Of a stretch of 64,000 nucleotides of DNA, positions 28,976 to 38,833 are shown piece after piece (the first letter of the stretch is position 1; each line of letters begins with the position of its first letter). The position numbers and the translations under genes are program-made. Source of the DNA: an uncultured Spirochaetota bacterium (GTDB taxonomy: Bacteria > Spirochaetota > Brevinematia > Brevinematales > JAOACQ01); contig CAVYGN010000001.1 in the NCBI GenBank assembly GCA_963768055.1, positions 1,408,001 to 1,472,000 on the forward strand, read 5' to 3'. Under the pieces are notes generated by a model, which was not told where the DNA came from, searched no databases, and saw nothing but the letters and a program-made list of their open reading frames with translations.

Positions 28976-30595
28976 ATGTTTGAATTTATAAAAATATTCT
29001 ATAAAAAACATCCTTTGATTGTCTTTTTTTCTCCGGTAATTATATTTATAATAGTAGTGCTATTTATTGTTTTATCGGATGACAGCATCCTGTCGGGATT
29101 TTTACCCCTGATTTTAATATGTTTTATTATTCTCGCTTTAATTTTTTTGATGATAACGGTTATGACCGGTACGAAGAAATCGGGTACCATAAAATACCTC
29201 GCGCCTTTATTCATTGTAATGTTTATGGTTATGATTATCTGGATTTTTCAGCCGAGAATGAGAGATGATTTCGCAATATATCAATTTAATCCCCTTTATG
29301 CCTATACTCATTTTTCAGGGCGTTTTTCTCATATTTTTATCAACTCTATCGCCTTAATGAATAATATTACATTCGATATATTTAAAATCCTGAGATCCTT
29401 AATGTTTTTCTTTTGTATTTACCTCTCCCTTGTAATATCTTCAGGTAAATGGCTGCCGGCGACACGTCAAAGCATTATCTCTTTTCTCCTTGTTTTTTCA
29501 GCCCTATGGCTTGGGATCGGCAATATTCTCGCTCCGTCGATTTCCATTGTTTCAGGCAGTACGACATATCTTTATTCGGTTTTCTTCTGCCTTCTTTTTT
29601 TACTGCCCTACCGTTTCCACCTGAAGGCCATGGAGTTAAACGAATCTAATAATTCAGCCCTATGGGCCCTACCTTGCTGCCCCAAAGGGCTTGTCCCCGT
29701 AAGGGGGGCAGTTTTTAGAAGGGTCCTTAATTTAAATATTGCGCTTTCAATCGGTTTCTTTGTTTTTGGCATGATTTCCTCCGGTTTTCATGAGCAAATG
29801 TCGCTTCCGGTCCTCTTCTTCATCGCGGTATGGTTTTTTACAGCCGGGAAAGAAAAGAGGCCATTATGGCTCTACGCGGGTGCGGCAGGCTTTTTAATCG
29901 GGACAATCATTTCATTTACCGCTCCGGGTAATTTTAGCAGGCTCGGCAATGAACAGGCATATACGCTAAATCTGAGCCTTTCAGGAATAGAAAATAAAGT
30001 ATCCAATTATCTCATCTATCTTAAAAAATTATATTTTGACAGCATCCGGGAAAAATTATTGCCTTACCTGCTTATTTTTGTAGCTCTTTCAATGAAATTA
30101 CACCCTGAAAAAAATAAGGAAAAGGGCTTATTTTATCGATTTACTTTTGAAATATGGTTAATATTTTCACTCCTGAGCACATGGCCGTTTCTTTTTATTT
30201 CTCCCGATAGCTGGGGAGCGGATAGAACCTATTTTATTCCCCTGTTCCTATTAATTTTATCTTTTGCATCCCTTTTAAATAACCGGGAACAAAATTCCTT
30301 TAATGGAGGTATATTCAACATTCTTTTTTTTGCGCTTTTTATAGTCCTTTCCATCGATGGGATCGATTGCCTGCAAAAAGGCTATATGATAGGTTCAGTA
30401 TGGCATAACCGGGAGAAAAAGATCGAGGAATATAAAGCCTCCGGAGTTTTTAACGCTGTCGTCGACCCTTACCCCGATCCTCCCAGGACTATTTATATCA
30501 ATGATATCACAACAAATACAAACCTGAGCTGGGATAATGAAGTACCGGCTTCGTATTATAAGCTTAAAACTATCAGATTACGGATACCCCGGTAA
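28976..30595 (+). CDS. Multi-TM GT-C-like membrane protein (DUF6056-like) carrying an in-frame repeat insertion
   Basis: DDF..., SGRF, GSTTYLY, LLPY, GFHEQ, APGNFSR motifs; start may be 28880 or 28976. Confidence 0.7.
   Translation: MFEFIKIFYKKHPLIVFFSPVIIFIIVVLFIVLSDDSILSGFLPLILICFIILALIFLMITVMTGTKKSGTIKYLAPLFIVMFMVMIIWIFQPRMRDDFAIYQFNPLYAYTHFSGRFSHIFINSIALMNNITFDIFKILRSLMFFFCIYLSLVISSGKWLPATRQSIISFLLVFSALWLGIGNILAPSISIVSGSTTYLYSVFFCLLFLLPYRFHLKAMELNESNNSALWALPCCPKGLVPVRGAVFRRVLNLNIALSIGFFVFGMISSGFHEQMSLPVLFFIAVWFFTAGKEKRPLWLYAGAAGFLIGTIISFTAPGNFSRLGNEQAYTLNLSLSGIENKVSNYLIYLKKLYFDSIREKLLPYLLIFVALSMKLHPEKNKEKGLFYRFTFEIWLIFSLLSTWPFLFISPDSWGADRTYFIPLFLLILSFASLLNNREQNSFNGGIFNILFFALFIVLSIDGIDCLQKGYMIGSVWHNREKKIEEYKASGVFNAVVDPYPDPPRTIYINDITTNTNLSWDNEVPASYYKLKTIRLRIPR
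29657..29726 (-). mobile_element. MITE-like element copy C (partial), inside a CDS and in frame
   Basis: gccctatgggccctaccttgc + cttgtccccgtaaggggg + GTTTTTAGAAGGGTCC match parts of copies A, B and D; encodes ALWALPCCPKGLVPVRGAVFRRV. Confidence 0.8.
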
Positions 30596-30609
30596 AGAGG
30601 TTTGCGGGC

Positions 30610-30942
30610 ATGAAAAAAAATGCAGTCGAAAGTTTTAAAAAACAGCTCGAATTCGCCGGGAAACACAATACTTTCAAGGACTGCCCCTATTATCCTTGCC
30701 ATAAAATCCGGGACGGCGAAGTACTGGACTGCACTTTCTGTTTCTGTCCCTTTTATCCTTGCAGGAATAAATTAGGGAAGGGGAACTGGATCTTTGATAA
30801 AAAGAGCGGGAAAATCTGGGATTGCAGTCTATGCGATTTTATCCATCGCGGAGATGTCGTAAGCAGGATTTTTGAATTATTGTATGAAAACAAAAAAATT
30901 TCACGGATAAAAAAAACGATCCGGAAGGAATTCTGCCGATAA
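30610..30942 (+). CDS. Cysteine-rich small domain protein
   Basis: CPYYPCH...CTFCFCPFYPC...WDCSLCDFIH. Confidence 0.85.
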   Translation: MKKNAVESFKKQLEFAGKHNTFKDCPYYPCHKIRDGEVLDCTFCFCPFYPCRNKLGKGNWIFDKKSGKIWDCSLCDFIHRGDVVSRIFELLYENKKISRIKKTIRKEFCR

Positions 30943-30948
30943 TCTAAT

Positions 30949-31097
30949 GGGCACTTCTAAAAACCGTCTTTTCATCGGGCAAGCCGATACAGGCAAGACG
31001 GTAAGGTAGCCCCCTTAGGGGACAAGTGCACCATAGGGCAATTTTTGGGAATTAAAATCTAATTGTTAAATAACAAAATTAGTTTTTAGAACAGCCC
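30949..31097 (+). mobile_element. MITE-like element copy A (149 bp)
   Basis: GGGCACTTCTAAAAAC ... GTTTTTAGAACAGCCC terminal inverted repeats (14/16); interior homologous to copy B. Confidence 0.85.
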
Positions 31098-31119
31098 TAA
31101 TAAAAAATACGAAGGTGTC

Positions 31120-31707
31120 ATGCCGCGAAAGCATTTTGTCATAGGCGTCGTTGGCAGGAGCGGCGCAGGTAAGTCCACCGTATCGAGAATTTTTCAGGGT
31201 GATTACGGGTTCACGATCATAGATGTCGATAAAATCGGGCATATTACCCTTGAAGAAAATTTACCGGGTGTTGTCGCTATTTTCGGATCGGCCGTCCTTA
31301 ATGAAAACAATGAGATAGACCGGGGACGGCTTGGAGATATAGTTTTTTCAGATCCTGAAAAGCTTAAGACGCTCAATTCCATTCTTCACAGCGATATGAA
31401 AAGAAAAATTGTGAAAATGCTCTCCACTGTTACAAATAAACTCATAGTTATTGACGCCGCCCTTCTTTTTGAAATTAAGCTCGACGATTTATGCGATTAT
31501 ATAGTGGCAATAGAAGCTCCCGAGGGAAAAATAAGGGACAGGCTCAGGAAAAGCAGGAATTGGGACCCCGGCAGAATAGACAATATTCTCAAATCCCAGG
31601 AAAAATCTCCCTTCAGGAAGCAGGATGTCGATTACGTTTTTTTTAATAACGCGGACGAGGATAAACTTCGAAAACAGGTTGAGTTTTTCATCCTCGCGGT
31701 TTTGTAG
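31120..31707 (+). CDS. coaE: Dephospho-CoA kinase
   Basis: IGVVGRSGAGKST, DVDKIGH, IDRGRLG..VF, DAALLFE. Confidence 0.95.
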   Translation: MPRKHFVIGVVGRSGAGKSTVSRIFQGDYGFTIIDVDKIGHITLEENLPGVVAIFGSAVLNENNEIDRGRLGDIVFSDPEKLKTLNSILHSDMKRKIVKMLSTVTNKLIVIDAALLFEIKLDDLCDYIVAIEAPEGKIRDRLRKSRNWDPGRIDNILKSQEKSPFRKQDVDYVFFNNADEDKLRKQVEFFILAVL

Positions 31708-31746
31708 TTCTCAATGAAAATCACAGGGGGACCGGCAACTAATCTT

Positions 31747-31790
31747 CCGCGAAGTCACGCTAAGATTCGCTAATTCGCGTGTCTTGGCGG
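31747..31790. repeat. Short periodic (~10-nt) inverted-repeat hairpin
   Basis: ccgcgaagtcacgctaa ... ttcgctaattcgcgtgtcttggcgg. Confidence 0.55.
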
Positions 31791-31823
31791 ATTTCCTCAA
31801 AATAGTATTTAGGTGGTAAAATT

Positions 31824-32957
31824 ATGTTGATTAAAAAAAATTTTATATTCATCTCAATTTTATTCGCTTTATATTCAATCCTGATCACAGCTTGCTCGCT
31901 TTACCAGAAACCGGTTTCGGGAGCTTCACCGGTCGTGAAGGTTCTCCTTTACCGCGGCGGCACTGTTTCATTAAAACCTATAGGAAATTATATCCTGTCT
32001 TACAATTCAAGAAAGGAAGCAGGGGATGGCCAGGTAAATATTGAAATTTCAGGAAGCGGACTTTCTTTAAACGGGATCGGAATAAATACGCCGGTTATAG
32101 ATATATATACCGGAGAGGGTTTCGTTTACGGAGGGAAAAAGTACGGCGGAAGCGCCGCCGTTATCATTTCCAATCAAAGTATTTTTTTAATAAACTCGAT
32201 AGATATCGAATCCTATGTAAAGGGTGTTCTTCCCGAAGAGGTTTCTCCCGCCTGGGACGCCGAGGCTTTGAAATCCCAGGCTGTCGTATCCAGGACCTTC
32301 GCTATTTACGAAGTAGTAAATTCGAGGAAAAGCGGCAGAATATTCGACCTTTACGACGATACGCGCTCTCAGGCTTACGAAGGCCGCGAGAAGGAAACCA
32401 GGCAGACTTCCTTCGCCGTAGATTCCACCTTGGGCGAGGTGCTGAGGTTCGACGGAAAGATAATCCAGGCCTTTTATCATTCTTCCAGCGGCGGCATGAC
32501 CGAATCTTCATACGAAGTATTCGGGGATTACAAGCCCTATCTTACGCCTGTCGAATCGCCTTATTCTTCAGTGTATAAAGAAGACAGGTGGGAAGCCTCG
32601 ATACCCGTTGACAGGGCCGGCCTCCTTTTAAAAATAACCAACAGGATCGAATCGGTAAAGGTAATCGAAAGGACCTCTTCCAAGAGAATTAAAACCGTCG
32701 AGTTTGCCGATGCCGCAGGGCAAAAGACCCTTATTCATGGCAAGGAAATGAGGGAATTGCTGGGCCCGGCGCTTATGAAAAGCACCAGGGCAAACCTTAA
32801 AATAACCAATGAATGTTTGTTATTAAACGGAACGGGTTACGGTCATGGAGTCGGCATGGGGCAATGGGACGCCCTCGGCATGTCAAAACAGGGGTATTCA
32901 TACAAATATATCCTTACATATTTTTACAGGGGCGCCCTGGTAGAAAAAATATGGTAG
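31824..32957 (+). CDS. SpoIID/LytB-family lytic transglycosylase (probable lipoprotein)
   Basis: ESYVKGVLPEE, EALKSQAVVSRT, YHSSSGG, GYGHGVGMGQW. Confidence 0.93.
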   Translation: MLIKKNFIFISILFALYSILITACSLYQKPVSGASPVVKVLLYRGGTVSLKPIGNYILSYNSRKEAGDGQVNIEISGSGLSLNGIGINTPVIDIYTGEGFVYGGKKYGGSAAVIISNQSIFLINSIDIESYVKGVLPEEVSPAWDAEALKSQAVVSRTFAIYEVVNSRKSGRIFDLYDDTRSQAYEGREKETRQTSFAVDSTLGEVLRFDGKIIQAFYHSSSGGMTESSYEVFGDYKPYLTPVESPYSSVYKEDRWEASIPVDRAGLLLKITNRIESVKVIERTSSKRIKTVEFADAAGQKTLIHGKEMRELLGPALMKSTRANLKITNECLLLNGTGYGHGVGMGQWDALGMSKQGYSYKYILTYFYRGALVEKIW

Positions 32958-32965
32958 GAGGCAGG

Positions 32966-33979
32966 ATGAAAAGCGCCTGCTGTTTTAAAAAAGAAGATGG
33001 GGGAAAAGTCCGTTGTCTTCTCTGCCCCCACAATTGCCTGATAAGCGATGGAAAGGCGGGGATCTGCGGCGCTAGGAAAAATATAAGCGGCGAACTTTAC
33101 AGCCTAAATTACGGGATAGTGTCGGGCTTATCGTTCGATCCGATCGAAAAAAAACCGCTCTATCATTATTACCCTTCCAGCGAGATCCTTTCGATCGGCA
33201 CGGTAGGATGCAATCTTCATTGCCCTTTCTGTCAAAACTACCATATTTCACGATATTTCGAAAATCCTTCACCGGCTATTAATGAAAGCGCCGGCCCCTC
33301 CGATATCCTGGCATACCTTGAAAACAGGTCCGGGATTTTCAGCCGTCCGGTTTTCGGAGGAGTAGCGTACACGTATTCCGAACCGATGGTCTGGATTGAG
33401 TTTGTGACGGATACGGCGGCTCTAATGAAAGAAAAGGGCTATAAAAATGTACTGGTAACAAACGGTTATATCAACAGAGGCCCGCTTGCCGGGCTTCTAA
33501 AACTGACCGACGCGGCAAATATTGACCTTAAAGCTTTTACCGAGGCCAATTACAGGAAACTCGGCGGAAGGCTGTCGCCTGTACTTGATTCGATAATCGA
33601 TTTTAAAAACGCTGGAATACACATCGAGCTCACCACCCTGGTCGTGACCGGACTTAACGACAATCTTGAAGAACTCAGGGAAATGATAAAGTGGATCGCC
33701 GGGGTTGACAGATCGATCCCTTATCATATATCGAGGTATTTTCCCCAATATATTTATAAAGAAAAGGCTACCGATACCGGTTTTATTAACGAAGTAAAAA
33801 ATTTGGCGGAAGAATATTTAGAATATGTTTATACAGGTAATATGGAGGGAGGAAGCGCAAGTTACTGCCCGTCCTGCAAAAATCTCCTGGTAGAAAGAAA
33901 AGGATACCTGACTTCGGTTGTAGGTATAAAAGCGGGAAACTGTGATAAGTGCGGCAGAAAGGCGGACTTCATACTATGA
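32966..33979 (+). CDS. amrS: AmmeMemoRadiSam system radical SAM enzyme
   Basis: CLLCPHNC, DPIEKKPLYHY, GCNLHCPFCQN, YTYSEP, NIDLK; GGAGG RBS before 32966. Confidence 0.92.
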   Translation: MKSACCFKKEDGGKVRCLLCPHNCLISDGKAGICGARKNISGELYSLNYGIVSGLSFDPIEKKPLYHYYPSSEILSIGTVGCNLHCPFCQNYHISRYFENPSPAINESAGPSDILAYLENRSGIFSRPVFGGVAYTYSEPMVWIEFVTDTAALMKEKGYKNVLVTNGYINRGPLAGLLKLTDAANIDLKAFTEANYRKLGGRLSPVLDSIIDFKNAGIHIELTTLVVTGLNDNLEELREMIKWIAGVDRSIPYHISRYFPQYIYKEKATDTGFINEVKNLAEEYLEYVYTGNMEGGSASYCPSCKNLLVERKGYLTSVVGIKAGNCDKCGRKADFIL

Positions 33980-35454
33980 CGGCCATCGGGAAAGCGAAAA
34001 ACGGTTCTCCTACTATAATAAAAGACGGCTCTTATTTATTAAGCTCATACGGCCCCGAGCATGAGATTGACCGTTTCGTGGAAAGGCAGGGAGAGACTTC
34101 AGGGCGTTTTTTTATTCTTTTCGGGAGCGCCCTGGGATATACTGCAAACGCCCTTGAGAAAAAGGGAGTGAATAAAAAAGATATATTCGTATTCGAACCC
34201 GACCCTGTATGCCGGGAATTTATAGCGAATAGTCCCCGGGATTATATCATTCTTGATAAGGGACGGATCGACCCCGGCCAGTTTGAAAACAGGCTTATCG
34301 AACGAAAGAGGCCATGCATACTTGCGCTTGAATCGTTCATAAAATCATATCCCGCCGAATATTCGGATTTTACATCTCAGATATCCGGGTCCATTGGAAT
34401 AGCCGCGGAAAATATCAAGGTTTCATCTTTTTTTTCAAAAGTATGGTTCATCAATTTTATCCGGAACCTCGCTCTCTTCCTTTGCGATGAAAACTGTTAC
34501 TATATCAAAAATTTAAAGACTGAAAACCGGATGCCGGTTCTGGTCAGCGCCGCAGGCCCTTCCCTCGATAAATCTCTCTATAACCTAAGGCAGCGCCAGG
34601 GCAGCCTTATAATAATATCCGTTCTGCCGGCTGTAAAAACGCTATTAGACAACTCTATTAAACCTGATTTTATCGTTTTAAGCGACGGCGGGGTTTATAA
34701 CAAACTTCATTGGTCCGGCATTCCCGGAGGCATACCGGTTCTGGCGAGCATTTACAGCAGTAGCGCTCTTTTATCTTCAATTAATAACCCGAGGGTGTTT
34801 TATGACCTGGAGGAAGGGCTTAAAGGGATGGACTTTTCACTTGAATACCCCTCGGTTGCTATCGACGCCGGCATTCTGGCGAACAGGATAACATCCGGAG
34901 GGGTTGTTTTTGCAGGTTTCGATCTGGCTTATTCCCTCAAGGCCGGGAGTCACAGCCGGGGAAATCTTATCCGTGAAAGGGAGAGAACCAATTCGGACAG
35001 GCTGCTGTCATTTCAATCGAAAACCTCTTCATTCCTGCAAAGAACAGGCCTGTCTTCCGCAGGGACTAATAAAGATGAATACTTTACAAGCGCACAGTTC
35101 CTTCTTGTAAAAGAACTCGCCGAAAAAATGTTTGCAGGAAATTCCTTTGTCGCCGGAGGAACTGATTTTCTATCTTTGAACTCTTTCGATAACTTTAAGG
35201 ATATTGAATTGAAAGAGATCGATACCGGCATTAAGGCCGCCGCTTTGGAAGAAATTAAAAAAAGTTTTTCACATGGGCCGGATTTAAAGGATAGAATTAT
35301 TAAATCTGTCGGAGGGATCATGGGCCGGTTAAGTTCTTTTGAATCCGGCCTATGTTCAAGGATTTTTGTCAGGGAGTCGCTGATGGATATTCCCTTAAAA
35401 GAGCCGGCGCTTTATTATAAAGGCAAAATTGAAAGATTGTTTCAAATCGCCTAA
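33976..35454 (+). CDS. DUF115/Maf (MptE-like) motility-associated factor, putative flagellin glycosyltransferase
   Basis: L.S.Y.P..E, AAGPSLD, IKPDF...DGG, GFDLAY...H. Confidence 0.75.
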   Translation: MTAIGKAKNGSPTIIKDGSYLLSSYGPEHEIDRFVERQGETSGRFFILFGSALGYTANALEKKGVNKKDIFVFEPDPVCREFIANSPRDYIILDKGRIDPGQFENRLIERKRPCILALESFIKSYPAEYSDFTSQISGSIGIAAENIKVSSFFSKVWFINFIRNLALFLCDENCYYIKNLKTENRMPVLVSAAGPSLDKSLYNLRQRQGSLIIISVLPAVKTLLDNSIKPDFIVLSDGGVYNKLHWSGIPGGIPVLASIYSSSALLSSINNPRVFYDLEEGLKGMDFSLEYPSVAIDAGILANRITSGGVVFAGFDLAYSLKAGSHSRGNLIRERERTNSDRLLSFQSKTSSFLQRTGLSSAGTNKDEYFTSAQFLLVKELAEKMFAGNSFVAGGTDFLSLNSFDNFKDIELKEIDTGIKAAALEEIKKSFSHGPDLKDRIIKSVGGIMGRLSSFESGLCSRIFVRESLMDIPLKEPALYYKGKIERLFQIA

Positions 35455-36431
35455 AAATGCTCATACCCCTTTTTCAGCCCATCCCAATCCAGAATTTTTT
35501 CTTTATAGATAACTTCCCTTCCGTTTTTTTCAATTCGTCCAATGCAGGTCAGCTCTGCACCGGTTTCAGCAAGCACCCTTTCGGTATCGATTATATCGGG
35601 GGAAGTAAAGAGCACCTCGTAATCCTCACCCCCGCCTAAGGCAAAATTATAAAAATATTCCTCTGAGGAAGAAAAGGCCTCCCCTATCCTGTTTAAGGAC
35701 ATGGGAAGTTTTTCGACATAAATCCTGAAACCCGCCATACTTTCTTCAGCAATATGAGAAAGATCCGCCAGAAGCCCGTCGCTTATATCGATTGCGGCGC
35801 CGATCCTGAATTTCTTTTTAAGATACTGCATCAGGCTGACCCTGACGGCGGGCCTGTAATGTCTTTTTATGAAATAATCTTCATCAAGGACCGGCTTTTT
35901 CAAATCCCCTTTTATCAGGGAAAGACCTATGGAGCTGTCGCCTATGTTTCCGGTTAAATAAATATTTTCCCCCGCCATGGCATTACGGCGGAGTATCGGA
36001 GCCGAATCGGCATAACCTATCATTGTGACGGAGATAAAAACATTTGGGGAGCTTACAGTATCCCCTCCTATCAGGTCGAACGGCTGTTTTTCTCTTATAT
36101 CGAGCAAGCCTTCAATAAATGATTCAATTTCGTTTTCAGTTACGCTGCCGGATACTCCGAGCGTAAGGAGCGCATAAGCGGGAATACCGCCCATAGAAGC
36201 TATGTCGCTCATATTTACAGCTATGGATTTATAGCCGATATCGAAAAATCCGGCCGAACCTCTCAGGAAATGCACCCCCTCGACAAGCGCATCTGTTGTT
36301 ACAAGCATTTTCCCGGGCCCTGTTTTATCGATTACAGCGGCGTCATCGCCGATTCCTGTAACGGAATTATCACTCGGCATGAATAACTTCCTTATTTTAT
36401 CTATGAGTTCGAATTCGCTTAAATTATTCAT
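35451..36431 (-). CDS. thiL: Thiamine-monophosphate kinase
   Basis: EFELI, GIGDDAA, D.LVEGVHF, NMSDIASMGG, DISDGL, GGEDYE, GYEHF. Confidence 0.96.
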   Translation of the reverse strand: MNNLSEFELIDKIRKLFMPSDNSVTGIGDDAAVIDKTGPGKMLVTTDALVEGVHFLRGSAGFFDIGYKSIAVNMSDIASMGGIPAYALLTLGVSGSVTENEIESFIEGLLDIREKQPFDLIGGDTVSSPNVFISVTMIGYADSAPILRRNAMAGENIYLTGNIGDSSIGLSLIKGDLKKPVLDEDYFIKRHYRPAVRVSLMQYLKKKFRIGAAIDISDGLLADLSHIAEESMAGFRIYVEKLPMSLNRIGEAFSSSEEYFYNFALGGGEDYEVLFTSPDIIDTERVLAETGAELTCIGRIEKNGREVIYKEKILDWDGLKKGYEHF

Positions 36432-38239
36432 TATACCTTTCCCAGATAAATTTCCATTATGCAACTGGAACAGTCGAACTTCAATGTAAAATCCGACCTG
36501 CCGTCCGTTAATGTAAGATCGCCGCCGCCATTACCGCATAATCCGAGTTCATATCTTAAGCAGTACCTGCATTTCATGATTTTTTTACCGTTCATTGGAA
36601 GGCCGCTTTCAGCGGCGCCTTCAATTTTTTTTACTCCATGCCGGAAATAAAAACTCCTGGCCTTATCATTCGACACATTATAAGTATAATCCAGAACTTT
36701 TTCAGGATATGGATATGATGTTTGTGAGAATATGCAAATTTCCCGTTTATAGCCCTTTTCCCTCTCAAGATCGAGTTTTGTTATTAATTCACGTCTCATA
36801 GCGTTAATCGTCTTTACCTGTAAAAATGGGATTTCCTTAAAGTCGATCCTTATATTTTCCGCCCTGTAAATTGTACCCCCAAGCCTGGATAGCTGTTTTT
36901 TAAGGGTTTTTTCACCATCGTCCCTGTTCAGGGCCGTGATTTTTTCAAACTTGAATTCCATCACAGCCTTAACCCCCTCGAGATCGTCTGCGGATAACCT
37001 CAGGCCTTCACCGGTTTCGCAAGCCAGGATATTTATAGGAATCAATCTTTCAATCTTTCCTCTTTCAAGCCTTTTAAGGAATTCATGGTTATGGTTCCTG
37101 TATATTGATGCATCTTTTATAATAAAACGCGAGTCGAAGGGGTAGATCTTACCATTTTCCACTTTATTTATAACGCCGCCGCTTAGAGTCCCGCCGCTGT
37201 CGTAATAACAGATGCCGTCTCCAGGTTTCAGGATATTTTCCTTTCCGCTTTCGATAGTGAAAAAACCCGGCCCGGTCTCATTTACTACGCCTATAAATTC
37301 TCCGGTCGATTTCTGGGTATGGACAGTCGCAAAACCATTCTTTCTTCCATTGATAAAATAATCTGTAAAACCCCTGCTGAATGTTTTATTCGCATCGGGG
37401 ACGAATTCAATATGGCTTTCACCGGAAGAAGATTTATCGAGGTTCATTGATTTTAATATTTTATCGAGCTTTCTCCTGTAATAACTGACGATGTTTTTAA
37501 TATAATCGGCCTCTTTTAACCTGCCCTCTATCTTGAAGGAAGAAACGCCCGCGTTTATCAGCTTGTCAAGATGATCCGAAAGATTCAAATCCTTAAGCGA
37601 AAGCAAATATTTGTTTTTTTCAAGCACCTGCTGACTTCCGTCTATAAGCGAATAGCTCATTCTGCAGGGCTGCGAGCAGACACCCCGGTTTGAACTCCTG
37701 CCGGTCAGCGCATAACTGAAATGACATCGTCCGCTGTAAGAAACGCAGAGGGCTCCATGGACAAAACACTCAAGTTCAATTGAAGTATGTTCACGGATAA
37801 AAGCGATTTCCTTAAGAGTAAGCTCTCTTGCAAGAATGGCCCGCTTAAAACCCGCCTGTTCGAGAAACTTTATCTTTTTCCAATCGGAGTTATCGGTCTG
37901 GGTACTTGCGATGAGTGGTATAGGAGGCAAATCTATTTCCAGCAGGCCCATGTCCTGAATGATCAGTCCGTCGGCGCCGGCTTCGAAAACTTCCCAGGCG
38001 ATATTCCGCGCCTCATCAATTTCATGATTTTGAAGGATAGTGTTAAGGGCTACATACACCCTGGCCCTGAAACGGCGGGCATAGGAAGAGAGCCTTTCAA
38101 TCGAGCCTGTAGTGTTCGCAGCTGCCGCCCTGGCGCTGAATTTACCGGCGCCGATATATACGGCATCCGCGCCGCAATTGACCGCCGCCAGGCCGCATGA
38201 AAGGTCCCGGGCGGGAGCTAATAATTCTATAGTTTTCAT
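36431..38239 (-). CDS. U32 peptidase-family RNA hydroxylation protein (RlhA/YdcP-like long form)
   Basis: ELLAPA, GADAVYIG, FVHGALCVSYSGRC, NRGVCSQPCR, SFKIEGR; 602 aa with C-terminal CLRYELGLC. Confidence 0.88.
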   Translation of the reverse strand: MKTIELLAPARDLSCGLAAVNCGADAVYIGAGKFSARAAAANTTGSIERLSSYARRFRARVYVALNTILQNHEIDEARNIAWEVFEAGADGLIIQDMGLLEIDLPPIPLIASTQTDNSDWKKIKFLEQAGFKRAILARELTLKEIAFIREHTSIELECFVHGALCVSYSGRCHFSYALTGRSSNRGVCSQPCRMSYSLIDGSQQVLEKNKYLLSLKDLNLSDHLDKLINAGVSSFKIEGRLKEADYIKNIVSYYRRKLDKILKSMNLDKSSSGESHIEFVPDANKTFSRGFTDYFINGRKNGFATVHTQKSTGEFIGVVNETGPGFFTIESGKENILKPGDGICYYDSGGTLSGGVINKVENGKIYPFDSRFIIKDASIYRNHNHEFLKRLERGKIERLIPINILACETGEGLRLSADDLEGVKAVMEFKFEKITALNRDDGEKTLKKQLSRLGGTIYRAENIRIDFKEIPFLQVKTINAMRRELITKLDLEREKGYKREICIFSQTSYPYPEKVLDYTYNVSNDKARSFYFRHGVKKIEGAAESGLPMNGKKIMKCRYCLRYELGLCGNGGGDLTLTDGRSDFTLKFDCSSCIMEIYLGKV

Positions 38240-38247
38240 ATTAAATT

Positions 38248-38321
<74 letters not shown>

Positions 38322-38323
38322 AA

Positions 38324-38830
38324 TTAAAATGTAAGCTCCTCTTTTTTATAGAGGAACGGCGAAATGTAATAAAAGAGAGCGCCGATCAGGATGTTATAGA
38401 CAATCTCGCCGAACATTTTTAATAGAAGAAGCCAATCAAGTATCCAGGACCCCTTGAATATCAGGCTTAAAATGCAGAATAAAATATACTTAAGTATAGT
38501 GGCTATTGCGAGATATATCAAGTATGCCACAATATCGGAAACAAATATGTACTTCCTGTAAATGCTTGTAAACCAGCATATAAAAGTAAGTATGAAAGCA
38601 TTGAAGCCGAAAACTTCCCCGCTGAAGGTATCCTGGAGCAAACCTACAAAGAACCCGAAAATCTCCCCTTTGTATTCCCCCTTGTTTATACTGTGAAGAA
38701 CGCAGAGGATAATTAAAAGATCGGGATTGATTACATTAGGAGGGAAGGAAATAACGTATGAAAGCTGTATTGAAAGGAGGACTGCGATGACTATACCGAA
38801 AACCAGGTATGTCCTAATATTCTTTTTCAT
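38324..38830 (-). CDS. mreD: Rod shape-determining protein MreD
   Basis: PDLLII, GFFVGLLQD; follows mreC. Confidence 0.9.
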   Translation of the reverse strand: MKKNIRTYLVFGIVIAVLLSIQLSYVISFPPNVINPDLLIILCVLHSINKGEYKGEIFGFFVGLLQDTFSGEVFGFNAFILTFICWFTSIYRKYIFVSDIVAYLIYLAIATILKYILFCILSLIFKGSWILDWLLLLKMFGEIVYNILIGALFYYISPFLYKKEELTF

Positions 38831-38833
38831 CTT

